From a virus, in UHGV virus genome UHGV-1407433: 25,186 bases of DNA. One strand, 5' to 3'. A program made the translations under genes and the position numbers. Positions 1-7,661 of the stretch are shown piece after piece. Below the pieces are notes generated by a model. The model did no database searches, was not told where the DNA came from, and saw nothing but the letters and a program-made list of their open reading frames with translations. Within the stretch, counting starts at the first letter, position 1; every line of letters begins with the position of its first letter.

Positions 1-530
1 GTAGAGCCGGTCACACACACCGCTGCGCCTAATTTTGCTCCCTCTCCCAAACCAAGTTTTGTGCGAGCGTCTGCGGCATTCGTTGCCCCGGTCCCGCCGT
101 CAGCGATTGCAAGCGCACCATTGCTCCCTTTCTGCGCAAGTTTACCGATGCCTGGGATGGTTACGGCGGTGCCGTTGATGGTAACTGTGATGCTTTGGTT
201 TGCTGAGGTGGTGGCGAACGTCTCCCACGCGCCAATATTCTCGTCGTACTCTTTGATGAGCTGTGACATGGCCTGCGCCAGGCCGTCGACTGAGATATTG
301 TCCGACACAAGGATTCCATACTTCTGGCCGCTCAGCGCCGGGGAAACTGCTGGCGTAACCGTCATTGACGTGGCGCTGTTCACGGATGAAATCTGAAACA
401 GCTGCACCGGGTTAGACATCACGATAATCGTCTGGCCAGCGCGGACCTGGCTGGCGGGAGCTGTCCAGTTTGTGCCGGAGCCGGTTGCGGTATTTCCGTT
501 AATAGAGATAGTTCCGGTGCTATAAATCAT
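1..530 (-). CDS. side tail fibre protein, N-terminal part (3' end lies beyond the left edge of the window)
   Basis: Absent from the ORF track because it has no stop in the window. ATG at 530..528 follows AGGAG (540..536), and the frame stays open to position 1. Translation: MIYSTGTISINGNTATGSGTNWTAPASQVRAGQTIIVMSNPVQLFQ...ALAIADGGTGATNAADARTKLGLGEG. The GGTGAT..A..AR..LGLG motif and the position downstream of J are typical of phage tail fibres. Confidence 0.8.
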   Translation of the reverse strand, partial: MIYSTGTISINGNTATGSGTNWTAPASQVRAGQTIIVMSNPVQLFQISSVNSATSMTVTPAVSPALSGQKYGILVSDNISVDGLAQAMSQLIKEYDENIGAWETFATTSANQSITVTINGTAVTIPGIGKLAQKGSNGALAIADGGTGATNAADARTKLGLGEGAKLGAAVCVTGS

Positions 531-607
531 AACAACTCCTAAATTTAGACAACATGAAGCCCGGAGAGGTATATAACCCTCACCAGAAATAATTTCTGAA
601 TTGGTTT

Positions 608-954
608 TTAATACATGTTGGGCAACGCCAGTGTTGGCATAGCTATAGTTGTATCAAATGCCATTGACCACCCACCCAAATAATAATTGCCGACTACTTT
701 ATTCCTTTCTGCTCTGACATTCCCACCTGTCATTACAATTCCTTTATACCTAATATTTCCGTAACCACCAACGTGTCGACAGTTAGCCCCGGTATAAACA
801 ATCTGGCAAAATTCATCACCAATATTCAGGTTCGCATTGGCGATATTTATTGCCCCATCAAAAATGAATGGCTTCGTGCAAGTAAGAAGACGTTTGCGTT
901 GACGATTGGTTTATTCAATCCATCAACTAAAATACCATGTAAACGAATTGCCAT
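608..954 (-). pseudogene. decayed stf-like (side tail fibre N-terminal domain) fragment, frame broken at a T5 run
   Basis: ATG at 954 follows AGGA. It encodes MAIRLHGILVDGLNKPIVNANVFLLARSHS, which resembles the lambda Stf start MAVKISGVLKDGTGKPVQNCTIQLKA as I recall it. The frame stops at 849..847. The -1 frame stays open from 910 to 608 (FIFDGAINIANANLNIGDEFCQIVYTGANCRHVGGYGN...PNMY) but has no start of its own. The switch point is the homopolymer at 860..864. Confidence 0.45.
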
Positions 955-971
955 AACATTTCCTACTTTAT

Positions 972-999
972 TTGACTTACTCAACACAACAAGTATATT
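972..999 (+). promoter_or_regulatory. sigma70-type promoter for the plus-strand lipoprotein gene
   Basis: TTGACT (972..977), a 16 nt spacer, then TATATT (994..999). Each hexamer matches consensus at 5 of 6 positions. The predicted transcription start is near 1006, about 30 nt upstream of the SD and start position. Confidence 0.6.
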
Positions 1000-1036
1000 A
1001 AAATTGAACCTTGTCAACAACCTAAAAGGAGTCCCG

Positions 1037-1270
1037 ATAAAACGTTCTATTGTAATTTTGACATTAACATTTCTGTTATCTGCTTGCGGTACTGGTTTGG
1101 ACACAGGAAAGCCTAATTCCGGTGTTATTCCAAAACCTTTAGACCGTGACGGTAACGGTTCTTTAATCTATGACACTGAAAAACTGCCTTATACTGGTCA
1201 ATGGTGTCATGAACTCGATCACAATATGCGCCGCATCGGTAGCCCGTCCAACTGTGTAGCTAACTACTAA
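1037..1270 (+). CDS. small secreted lipoprotein; candidate superinfection-exclusion or receptor-masking accessory gene
   Basis: The signal peptide KRSIVILTLTFLLSAC has a lipobox L-S-A-C. AAAGGAG (1025..1031) lies 5 nt before in-frame ATA (1037). The mature part is about 60 aa with two further Cys. The gene is AT-rich, opposes the late operon, and ends at a bidirectional terminator. The start codon is uncertain, because no ATG, GTG or TTG lies downstream of the predicted transcription start. The 773..1003 part of the track ORF is antisense to the stf-like fragment and is rejected. Confidence 0.6.
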   Translation: MKRSIVILTLTFLLSACGTGLDTGKPNSGVIPKPLDRDGNGSLIYDTEKLPYTGQWCHELDHNMRRIGSPSNCVANY

Positions 1271-1271
1271 A

Positions 1272-1304
1272 AAGAAAACCACGCGCGAAGCGGGGTTTTT
1301 GTTT
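1272..1304. terminator. bidirectional intrinsic terminator between J and the lipoprotein gene
   Basis: The stem is AAAACCACGC / GCGGGGTTTT with one mismatch and loop GCGAA. It is flanked by an A run on one side and a T run on the other, so both convergent transcripts end in a U tract. Confidence 0.75.
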
Positions 1305-4300
1305 ATTCAGAGAATGAACCTGAACCGCGCGACACTATGACGGTCGGTGAGTTTATATACGCACCCATACCATTTTGAGCAGATACTCTAATTTTCACTG
1401 TAACCCACCTGCTATATACTGCTGATGAGTGCATCACAAGGCGCTCGGTGCCATCAACGGAAAGATTTTTCTCTGAACCGTTAATGTTTATTGTACACCC
1501 ACCAAAACCTTTTACGTTTGCCATAACGCAGATATGTCTGCTATGTGCTGCGTCAGATGTGTCATTGTATGTGATTGTTTTTTCGAGTACCCCATTATTT
1601 AATCTACTAACGTCAGATCCTGTGTACATGTTTGCAACATCACCGATAAACGAACTTGCTTCCACTGTTCCAGTAAATCTACCGTTGGTTGCATACACTG
1701 TACCTGTGAAAGATCCGTTGCTAGCGTATACAGTACCTCTGACAGTTACGTTGTTGAATTCAGCATCTCCAGCTTTATTCAACTTCCAGCCAGCAGAACC
1801 AGCAACATAATTGTTCGACTGGATAAAATTACCAATCTTTGCGTTGCTGATAGTGCCGTCCTGGATGAAACTGTCCCGGATGAATGTCTGCCCGTTCTGG
1901 ATCACAAACGGTAAAGCCACGCTATTTCCGGCTGCCGTGGTGACGGCGAAGCGATCAGCCAGGAAGATAACCTGCGACTGCATGCCGGATGGCGTATTCT
2001 CCACGCCGATACCCATCCCCGCGGCGTAATACTGCCCGTTGCTGGAGACACCAACCTTGATGTTGTACATCGCGATGAGGTCGCCGTTTACGTTCGCTAT
2101 AGCCTGAGCGTTGGTGGTGATGGCTGAGGTATGCCCGTTCACCGTAGCCGTAATGCCGTTTATCTGCGTGGCCGTTGCCTGCTGATAGTCGGAGAACGTC
2201 TGATTCAGGCTGTTTATGGATGCCTTGTTGCCGTTGACATCCGTCTGCAGGCTCAGCAGAGAGCGCGCCGTTGCCTCCTTCTCGTTAACGATTACCTCAT
2301 CAATACGATCCAGCTGCGCACTGTTACCGGCGACCGTCGCGGAAAGCCTTTTGCGTGTGGCCACCTGCGCCAGCCCGTTCTGGATAATGGCAATGGCTGA
2401 GTTCTTGACCCCGCCCGTCATGCCGTCCATAGACACGCTGATGCTGTCGATTCGCTGGCCCAGCGCGGTATCAGCCGTTGCGACGGTCTGCTCAAGATCT
2501 GATAGAGAGGAAGATACATCACCGACCGTGCTCGAAAGCTCATTAACACTGGTCTGAACCTGCCCAATGTCCTGCGCGTTTTTTGCGATTTCCTGCGCCT
2601 GGAGCTCAAGTTCATCGTTGGCCTGTTTGATGTCGTCAGCCATGCCAGCAATTTTTTCATTGCTGTCCACCGCGTTCTCGATCAGGTCTTTGAACGTATC
2701 GGAGTCTTTAATTTCCTCCAGAATCACATCTGTGATATCGGAAACATCGATGCTGGCCTGTCCTCGCACCCATTCTGTGTACCCTGATTCGTTGCCGCTG
2801 CGGTCCACCAGCTGCGCGCGGTACCAGAAAATCTGCCCAGCCTTAAGGCCCATCTGCTGATATTTGCGCTGCGGGTAAGGCACATCGGCCAGCAGCATGG
2901 CATCGTCTTCAGTACCGGTCAGGCTGTACTGAATTTCCGTCTTCAGCGTGTCGTCGGTATTCGCCTGGAATCCCCAGTTCAGCTCGATACCGAACACCAC
3001 GTTTTCAGAGGCGATAAAGCCAACCGGCTTCGGTGGATTGCCCACTTTACCCGTCAGCGTTTTCTCTTCTGAATAGCCCCATCCGGATGAAATTTCTGCG
3101 GCATTGATTGCGCGCACCCGCACCAGGTAGCGCCCGGCATAAATCCCCGGGACGTCGAATGACGTGGTGGAGGTGCGCGGCACGTTAACCCAGTTCCCGT
3201 CGTTGCGGCGCCATTGCGCTTCATAGGCGATAGCGTTCTGCGCCTGGTCCCAGCTCACGCGCATTGTTTCGACGCTGATATTTTGCTGAACCACGGAAAA
3301 CGAGCTGATCACGATATTCGCAGGCGGCGACTGGTTGCCCGGCGGGATCACGCTCACCGGCCGTTGGTCAATGATGGCTCCGGTATCGATACGGGCATAT
3401 TTATCCGGGTCGTGCCATGCGCCGGTAATCGAGAAAGTGCCATCATTGTTATCGGAAACGCTGACAACACGATACTGCTGCGCGTAAAGCTCGTCAGATT
3501 CAACCACCCAAACAGCTTCGGCCTGTGGCGTCTCACTGTATGCCGTGGTGACTGTGACTGATTCCCCGTTCACGGCCTGAATGGTCCTGCTCTGCGACGC
3601 TCCGGAAGGCAGGTTGAGAATAAGGCGATCACCTGGTGCTGCATCAGCTACGCGGTCAAGTTTGATAACGCGACCGTTAACGGCGCTGATGCGGCCGCCC
3701 ATAACCTTTCCGGAAAGCAGCTCGTCTGCCACGGCGATGATGTAGCCCGGCTGCGGAATGTTTCCGTCCAGCCCGACATCAAACGAAACAACGCGATCCT
3801 TGTTATTGGTGAGAATACCCCAGCGCCCCTTTCGGTTCGCCTCTGACTGCCTGGTGCAGCCGATGGCTGTCATTTCCAGCTGATTGAAGCCGTACCGCGC
3901 CACCAGCGCCTGCTCAAATACCGGCTCCATCGCGTCGGCATAAGCGTTACCCGGGTCTGACCATGAAACCAGCGCTGTGGTGTAGCGGCTTTTGGTGGTG
4001 CTGCCCGAATAGGTAAAGCGCCCATTAACCACGTTTGCACGCGTGTAGCTGTAATCCACATCGCGGGGCATATCCGCCAGCGCAACGATTTGATCGCCAC
4101 CCCAGTACGTCATGCCCCGGAATATCGCCGCAAAATCACGTAACACGGTATAGGCGTCATTCCTCTCCTGCACGTACACGTTACAGGTATAGCGAGGCTC
4201 AGTGCCGCTACCGCCTTTACCATCAGGAACCGGCTGATCGCAATATTGCGCGACCTGATAAAGCGTCCATTTATCAATATTGGCCGCCGTCAGGCGATTG

Positions 4301-5193
4301 CCCAGCCCAAAGCGGTCGCTCACCACCAGATCGTAAAAAATCCAGGCTGGATTATCCGTCCACGCCCACTTAAACGCCCCTGTCCATGTGCCGCTGTAGG
4401 TGCGGGTCTCCGGGTCATACGTATCCGGAACGCGGATTACACGCCCTCGCGGTTCGCAGGATATTTGCGGGATAGAGCCGTTAAACTGGCTTGAGTCGAA
4501 TTCGATGTACAGCAGCGCGGTATTTGGATAACGCAGTTTGGCGTCAATAACCTCTGTGTAGCTCTGCAGCGTCATCGTGTCGCCAATTTTCGCGCTGTTG
4601 GCATCCGCCGTAAGCTTACGCAGGCGCACCGTCCATGTACTGCCTGCCTGTGGTAAATCGATACGATGGCTGCGTTCGTAGCCGGAAGTTGTCTTGCCGG
4701 TTACGCTGGTATTAAGTACCGTCTGCCAGGTGCCGCCATCGGTCTGCAGATCAATAGCGTAGTTAATTGAATAGCCAACCAGATCGCCATCATCCTCCTG
4801 TTTAAAAAGCGATGGCCACTTGAGGCGCAGGCGAACGGCTGACAGTTGCGTGTTGGTAAAGGTATGTGTCCAGCCGGTGGTGCTTGACACTTCGGTGCCC
4901 ACGCTGATTTCATTTTCTGTGCCGGGGATACCCTGAATATATTTTTGTGCCTGAGTCCCCGGACGAAATTCCCACGCCACGCCACTGAAGTTTTGCGATC
5001 CGTCTGCATTCTCCAGTGGCGTGCCATCGAGATAGATATCCTTCGCCGTCAACTGCCCTGCAAATTCGCCCTCTCCCAGTGCAACAAGAATTTTGGCTTT
5101 CGCTACGGACTGGAGATCGTCTGGTTGTTCAGTCGGGGTGCGTGAACTGGAGCTGCCGCCCTTGCGGCCTCTAATCGGAGTAGATGTAGCCAT
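1303..5193 (-). CDS. J: tail tip / host specificity protein J (central tail fibre)
   Basis: 1296 aa. The N-terminal two-thirds are collinear with lambda gpJ as recalled (YPNTALL, KWxLYxxxQYCDQxVPDG, FN3-like region). A long coiled-coil segment follows, then the conserved YYAAGMGIG..QVIFLADRFA block and a divergent C-terminal receptor-binding end. Confidence 0.95.
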   Translation of the reverse strand: MATSTPIRGRKGGSSSSRTPTEQPDDLQSVAKAKILVALGEGEFAGQLTAKDIYLDGTPLENADGSQNFSGVAWEFRPGTQAQKYIQGIPGTENEISVGTEVSSTTGWTHTFTNTQLSAVRLRLKWPSLFKQEDDGDLVGYSINYAIDLQTDGGTWQTVLNTSVTGKTTSGYERSHRIDLPQAGSTWTVRLRKLTADANSAKIGDTMTLQSYTEVIDAKLRYPNTALLYIEFDSSQFNGSIPQISCEPRGRVIRVPDTYDPETRTYSGTWTGAFKWAWTDNPAWIFYDLVVSDRFGLGNRLTAANIDKWTLYQVAQYCDQPVPDGKGGSGTEPRYTCNVYVQERNDAYTVLRDFAAIFRGMTYWGGDQIVALADMPRDVDYSYTRANVVNGRFTYSGSTTKSRYTTALVSWSDPGNAYADAMEPVFEQALVARYGFNQLEMTAIGCTRQSEANRKGRWGILTNNKDRVVSFDVGLDGNIPQPGYIIAVADELLSGKVMGGRISAVNGRVIKLDRVADAAPGDRLILNLPSGASQSRTIQAVNGESVTVTTAYSETPQAEAVWVVESDELYAQQYRVVSVSDNNDGTFSITGAWHDPDKYARIDTGAIIDQRPVSVIPPGNQSPPANIVISSFSVVQQNISVETMRVSWDQAQNAIAYEAQWRRNDGNWVNVPRTSTTSFDVPGIYAGRYLVRVRAINAAEISSGWGYSEEKTLTGKVGNPPKPVGFIASENVVFGIELNWGFQANTDDTLKTEIQYSLTGTEDDAMLLADVPYPQRKYQQMGLKAGQIFWYRAQLVDRSGNESGYTEWVRGQASIDVSDITDVILEEIKDSDTFKDLIENAVDSNEKIAGMADDIKQANDELELQAQEIAKNAQDIGQVQTSVNELSSTVGDVSSSLSDLEQTVATADTALGQRIDSISVSMDGMTGGVKNSAIAIIQNGLAQVATRKRLSATVAGNSAQLDRIDEVIVNEKEATARSLLSLQTDVNGNKASINSLNQTFSDYQQATATQINGITATVNGHTSAITTNAQAIANVNGDLIAMYNIKVGVSSNGQYYAAGMGIGVENTPSGMQSQVIFLADRFAVTTAAGNSVALPFVIQNGQTFIRDSFIQDGTISNAKIGNFIQSNNYVAGSAGWKLNKAGDAEFNNVTVRGTVYASNGSFTGTVYATNGRFTGTVEASSFIGDVANMYTGSDVSRLNNGVLEKTITYNDTSDAAHSRHICVMANVKGFGGCTININGSEKNLSVDGTERLVMHSSAVYSRWVTVKIRVSAQNGMGAYINSPTVIVSRGSGSFSE

Positions 5194-5204
5194 ATTGCGC
5201 CCAT

Positions 5205-5229
5205 AAAAAAGGCCACCCTGAGGTGGCCT
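5205..5229 (-). terminator. intrinsic terminator-like hairpin between I and J
   Basis: On the minus strand, AGGCCACC-TCAG-GGTGGCCT forms an 8 bp perfect stem followed by TTTTTTAT. Confidence 0.6.
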
Positions 5230-5245
5230 GAAAGGAGGTTTTTAT

Positions 5246-5836
5246 TTATTGCTGGTCTTCGACATAAATCCCGGCAGAAATAATCGCACCGCCGATTTGC
5301 CGACGACCATAAAGAAGCGGTACCGGATAGCCCTGCGCGGCGGTGTTGGTGACTCCACCGAACGCGTATGAGGCGCGGTTATCTGAACTCTGTTTGCTGG
5401 CCAGCCCCGCTGGTTGAGGGGAAAGCATCTGAACAACCCCGCCAATCATCATTGCGGCACCGAATTTGTATAAGAATGGTGATGCCGCAGCCCAGGGTGT
5501 GAAATTAAGCACCGCCCCAACGGCAACCAGAACTGCACCAAGTATTGTCTGGAGTAATCCGGCCTTTTTGCTCCCGATAATCACCGGGACAATGCGAATG
5601 ACATCGCCGGTGACCGGGTAACCCAGGTCATCAACACCAATATTCTTTTTCCCTTTGAATACTGAATAAGTGAGACCACGGCGTTGGCTGGAAATCATAA
5701 ACTGCTCAAAGCCCGGTATAGTCTTTGCCAGCGCAACACTCGCTTCGTTCACGCGGGAAATCAGGCGATGGTGAACTTTACCGAATGTTTTCCCGAGCAC
5801 GCCGCCAAGCTCAATGCGGGTCATTACTTCCTGCAT
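5246..5836 (-). CDS. I: tail assembly protein I
   Basis: It follows K with overlapping stop and start codons. It has a ubiquitin-like N-terminus, a Gly/Ala-rich hydrophobic middle and a C-terminal YG..xxGG motif, as in lambda gpI. The start is ATG 5836 or ATG 5824 (TAATG overlap with the K stop). Confidence 0.85.
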   Translation of the reverse strand: MQEVMTRIELGGVLGKTFGKVHHRLISRVNEASVALAKTIPGFEQFMISSQRRGLTYSVFKGKKNIGVDDLGYPVTGDVIRIVPVIIGSKKAGLLQTILGAVLVAVGAVLNFTPWAAASPFLYKFGAAMMIGGVVQMLSPQPAGLASKQSSDNRASYAFGGVTNTAAQGYPVPLLYGRRQIGGAIISAGIYVEDQQ

Positions 5837-6555
5837 GTTTCACCTGCCATTACATCTTTATAGCGAACGATCTTCATTGTGCGCTCCTGCCAGTATCCGC
5901 CATAAGGAACACGTTGACTCAGATGCCCGTAAAGATGGTGCAGCAGCATGTTACCCTCCAGTAAAATCCCGGCATGATTCCACTTATCGGCCTGCACCTG
6001 CATGATGACGAGGTCCCCTTCCTGAGGCGGACCATCAAACTCCCTGAATCCGCACTCGTACCAGCACTCCTGATAGAAATTGTCCGGGTAGTCGTTTTCC
6101 CACCAGGGATAATCCACCCGGTAATCGTGGAGCTCGATACAGTGGGTCTGCCGGAAATAGCTCATTACCAGACCCCAGCAATCGAAGTGGCCAAGCACGA
6201 ACGGACGCTCCAGCAATGGCAGCTCCCCGCGTGGCTGAATGGTACGTAAATCCCCCTCTGGCCAGCTCACAATATGCCAGGGCAGCAGCGTTGCATCACA
6301 CTGCGCCTTATCCAGCTCGCTGGCCTGCGTCGTCGCATCAGGATGGCTGTGAACAATGGCCACCACCGTCCCCCAGTCTTCTGCCGCTGCGTAATCTTCG
6401 GGGGACAGGTGAAAATGTTCAGTCGGCTCTGCTGCGAGATTACGACAGGGAAAATAGCGCTCAACCCGGCTTTTCTGTGCCACCACGCCGCAGCACTCTC
6501 GCGGATATTCCGCTGCAGCGTGTGCCATGATGGCATCAATGGTTTTCTGGCGCAT
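5824..6555 (-). CDS. K: tail assembly protein K (MPN/JAB plus NlpC/P60 domains)
   Basis: The likely start is MRQKTIDAIMAHAAAEYPRECCG at 6555, 1 nt downstream of the L stop codon (6559..6557). It carries the HSHP JAMM-type motif and an FDCWGLV...WNHAGI NlpC/P60-type Cys/His pair. Confidence 0.9.
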   Translation of the reverse strand: MRQKTIDAIMAHAAAEYPRECCGVVAQKSRVERYFPCRNLAAEPTEHFHLSPEDYAAAEDWGTVVAIVHSHPDATTQASELDKAQCDATLLPWHIVSWPEGDLRTIQPRGELPLLERPFVLGHFDCWGLVMSYFRQTHCIELHDYRVDYPWWENDYPDNFYQECWYECGFREFDGPPQEGDLVIMQVQADKWNHAGILLEGNMLLHHLYGHLSQRVPYGGYWQERTMKIVRYKDVMAGETCRK

Positions 6556-6556
6556 A

Positions 6557-7312
6557 TCAGCTCCTGATAAGAGATGTACCGGGGAAACCGCCAAACGGCA
6601 GCTCGTTGCTGTCTCCGTGCCGGAGCTTGCAGGCCGTCAGCGTGCCGTTGCAGACATCCAGCGATGGATCGTCAACCGGATTATTGTTTTTGTCGAAATA
6701 GCGCGTTCCGGCATAGTCGCAGCCGTCGCCGGTCCGGTACTTGTTCCGGATGCACCAGCTGCATAACGAATGCAGCTGCCGCGTGGGTATCATCTGGCCC
6801 TGTAAATCCATCGGACTGGAAAGCGTAAATTCAACAGATTCATCCGTCTCGGTGCTTCTGGCATCGATATAAAAGACCTTCAGCTTTTCCTGTGACGGGT
6901 CTGCAGTGGGATTGCCCTGCGGAAAATTTCTGGCGTCCAGATACTGTGCCAGCGTGTCGTGGATACTCACTTTCGCCTGCAGCAGATCGTCATACGCCAG
7001 ACAGAGCGCTGAGATCGAGCTGTCCAGGTTCGCCACACTCAGTTTTGGCTGTGGACTGGTACCGTCCGTAGTCGCTTCAATACCCTCAACCTGACACGGC
7101 CAGGCTTTATACTCCTCCCCCTGCCACCAGATGGACTTCGCCGGAAGTTTATTCTCATCCCCGCCTGCAGCCTCAATCTCTTCCGGGGTATGCGCGATAT
7201 TATGTGCGTGGAAGCGGAGTACATCTGACATACCGAACGCTGTGCCATCGACAGAAAAAAGCCGGACTTCATTGCCCGGCTCGAGTTTTTGATAATCAGC
7301 ATTAAGACTCAT
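6557..7312 (-). CDS. L: minor tail protein L
   Basis: Its position, size (251 aa) and C-terminal Cys cluster (CSWC...C..C-type, matching the iron-sulfur cluster region of lambda gpL) fit L. Its start overlaps the M stop. Confidence 0.9.
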   Translation of the reverse strand: MSLNADYQKLEPGNEVRLFSVDGTAFGMSDVLRFHAHNIAHTPEEIEAAGGDENKLPAKSIWWQGEEYKAWPCQVEGIEATTDGTSPQPKLSVANLDSSISALCLAYDDLLQAKVSIHDTLAQYLDARNFPQGNPTADPSQEKLKVFYIDARSTETDESVEFTLSSPMDLQGQMIPTRQLHSLCSWCIRNKYRTGDGCDYAGTRYFDKNNNPVDDPSLDVCNGTLTACKLRHGDSNELPFGGFPGTSLIRS

Positions 7313-7656
7313 GGTGCAAATGCCTGTTCAAACGTTGCGGTTACGGTTATCACTTTTACGTTTTTAACCACCTTTTTGAGCGTGTCAGCCTCGACACGCC
7401 ACAGCGCGGTATCGCCGAAAGGCGGTGTGAAAATAAACGACTTCACTTTATGCCGCCGAAGGAAAGCGTGAATTTCATTCGCTGTAGTCGGATCCCCTGA
7501 AAAGGAATATTCATAGGTACGAATCTCATCATTCAGGCCGGAGCCGCTCACCTGTGCGTACCCGTCGCCGAACTGGACCTTCCTGACTGTGTCTTTGCTT
7601 CCCTCGGTGGGCTGGCTGGAAACCTTAATGCCCCAGGGGAATGTTTCTATCGTCAT
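7309..7656 (-). CDS. M: minor tail protein M
   Basis: 115 aa. VRKVQFGDGYAQ matches lambda gpM VRKVRFGDGYSQ as recalled. It lies directly downstream of the tape measure gene. Confidence 0.9.
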   Translation of the reverse strand: MTIETFPWGIKVSSQPTEGSKDTVRKVQFGDGYAQVSGSGLNDEIRTYEYSFSGDPTTANEIHAFLRRHKVKSFIFTPPFGDTALWRVEADTLKKVVKNVKVITVTATFEQAFAP

Positions 7657-7661
7657 AACTG

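Noticed and set aside
61-396. Plus-strand ORF of 111 aa
   Set aside because: It lies entirely antisense to the well-supported tail fibre frame (530..1), has no SD, and has a low-complexity Ala/Pro/Val composition typical of antisense frames.
773-1003. N-terminal 77 codons of the 165 aa plus-strand track ORF
   Set aside because: It starts upstream of the predicted promoter (972..999) and is antisense to the stf-like fragment. Only the part from the SD and signal peptide (1037 onward) looks like a gene.
847-1104. 85 aa minus-strand track ORF taken as one gene
   Set aside because: Its first 50 codons (1104..955) are antisense to the lipoprotein signal peptide, SD and promoter. Only the part from ATG 954 has an SD and Stf-like sequence, and it is kept as a pseudogene fragment.
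1448-5145. Numerous plus-strand ORFs of 60 to 120 aa inside J, and similar ones inside H, B, A, C and E
   Set aside because: All are antisense shadows of long, homology-supported minus-strand genes. None has an SD or a recognisable motif.
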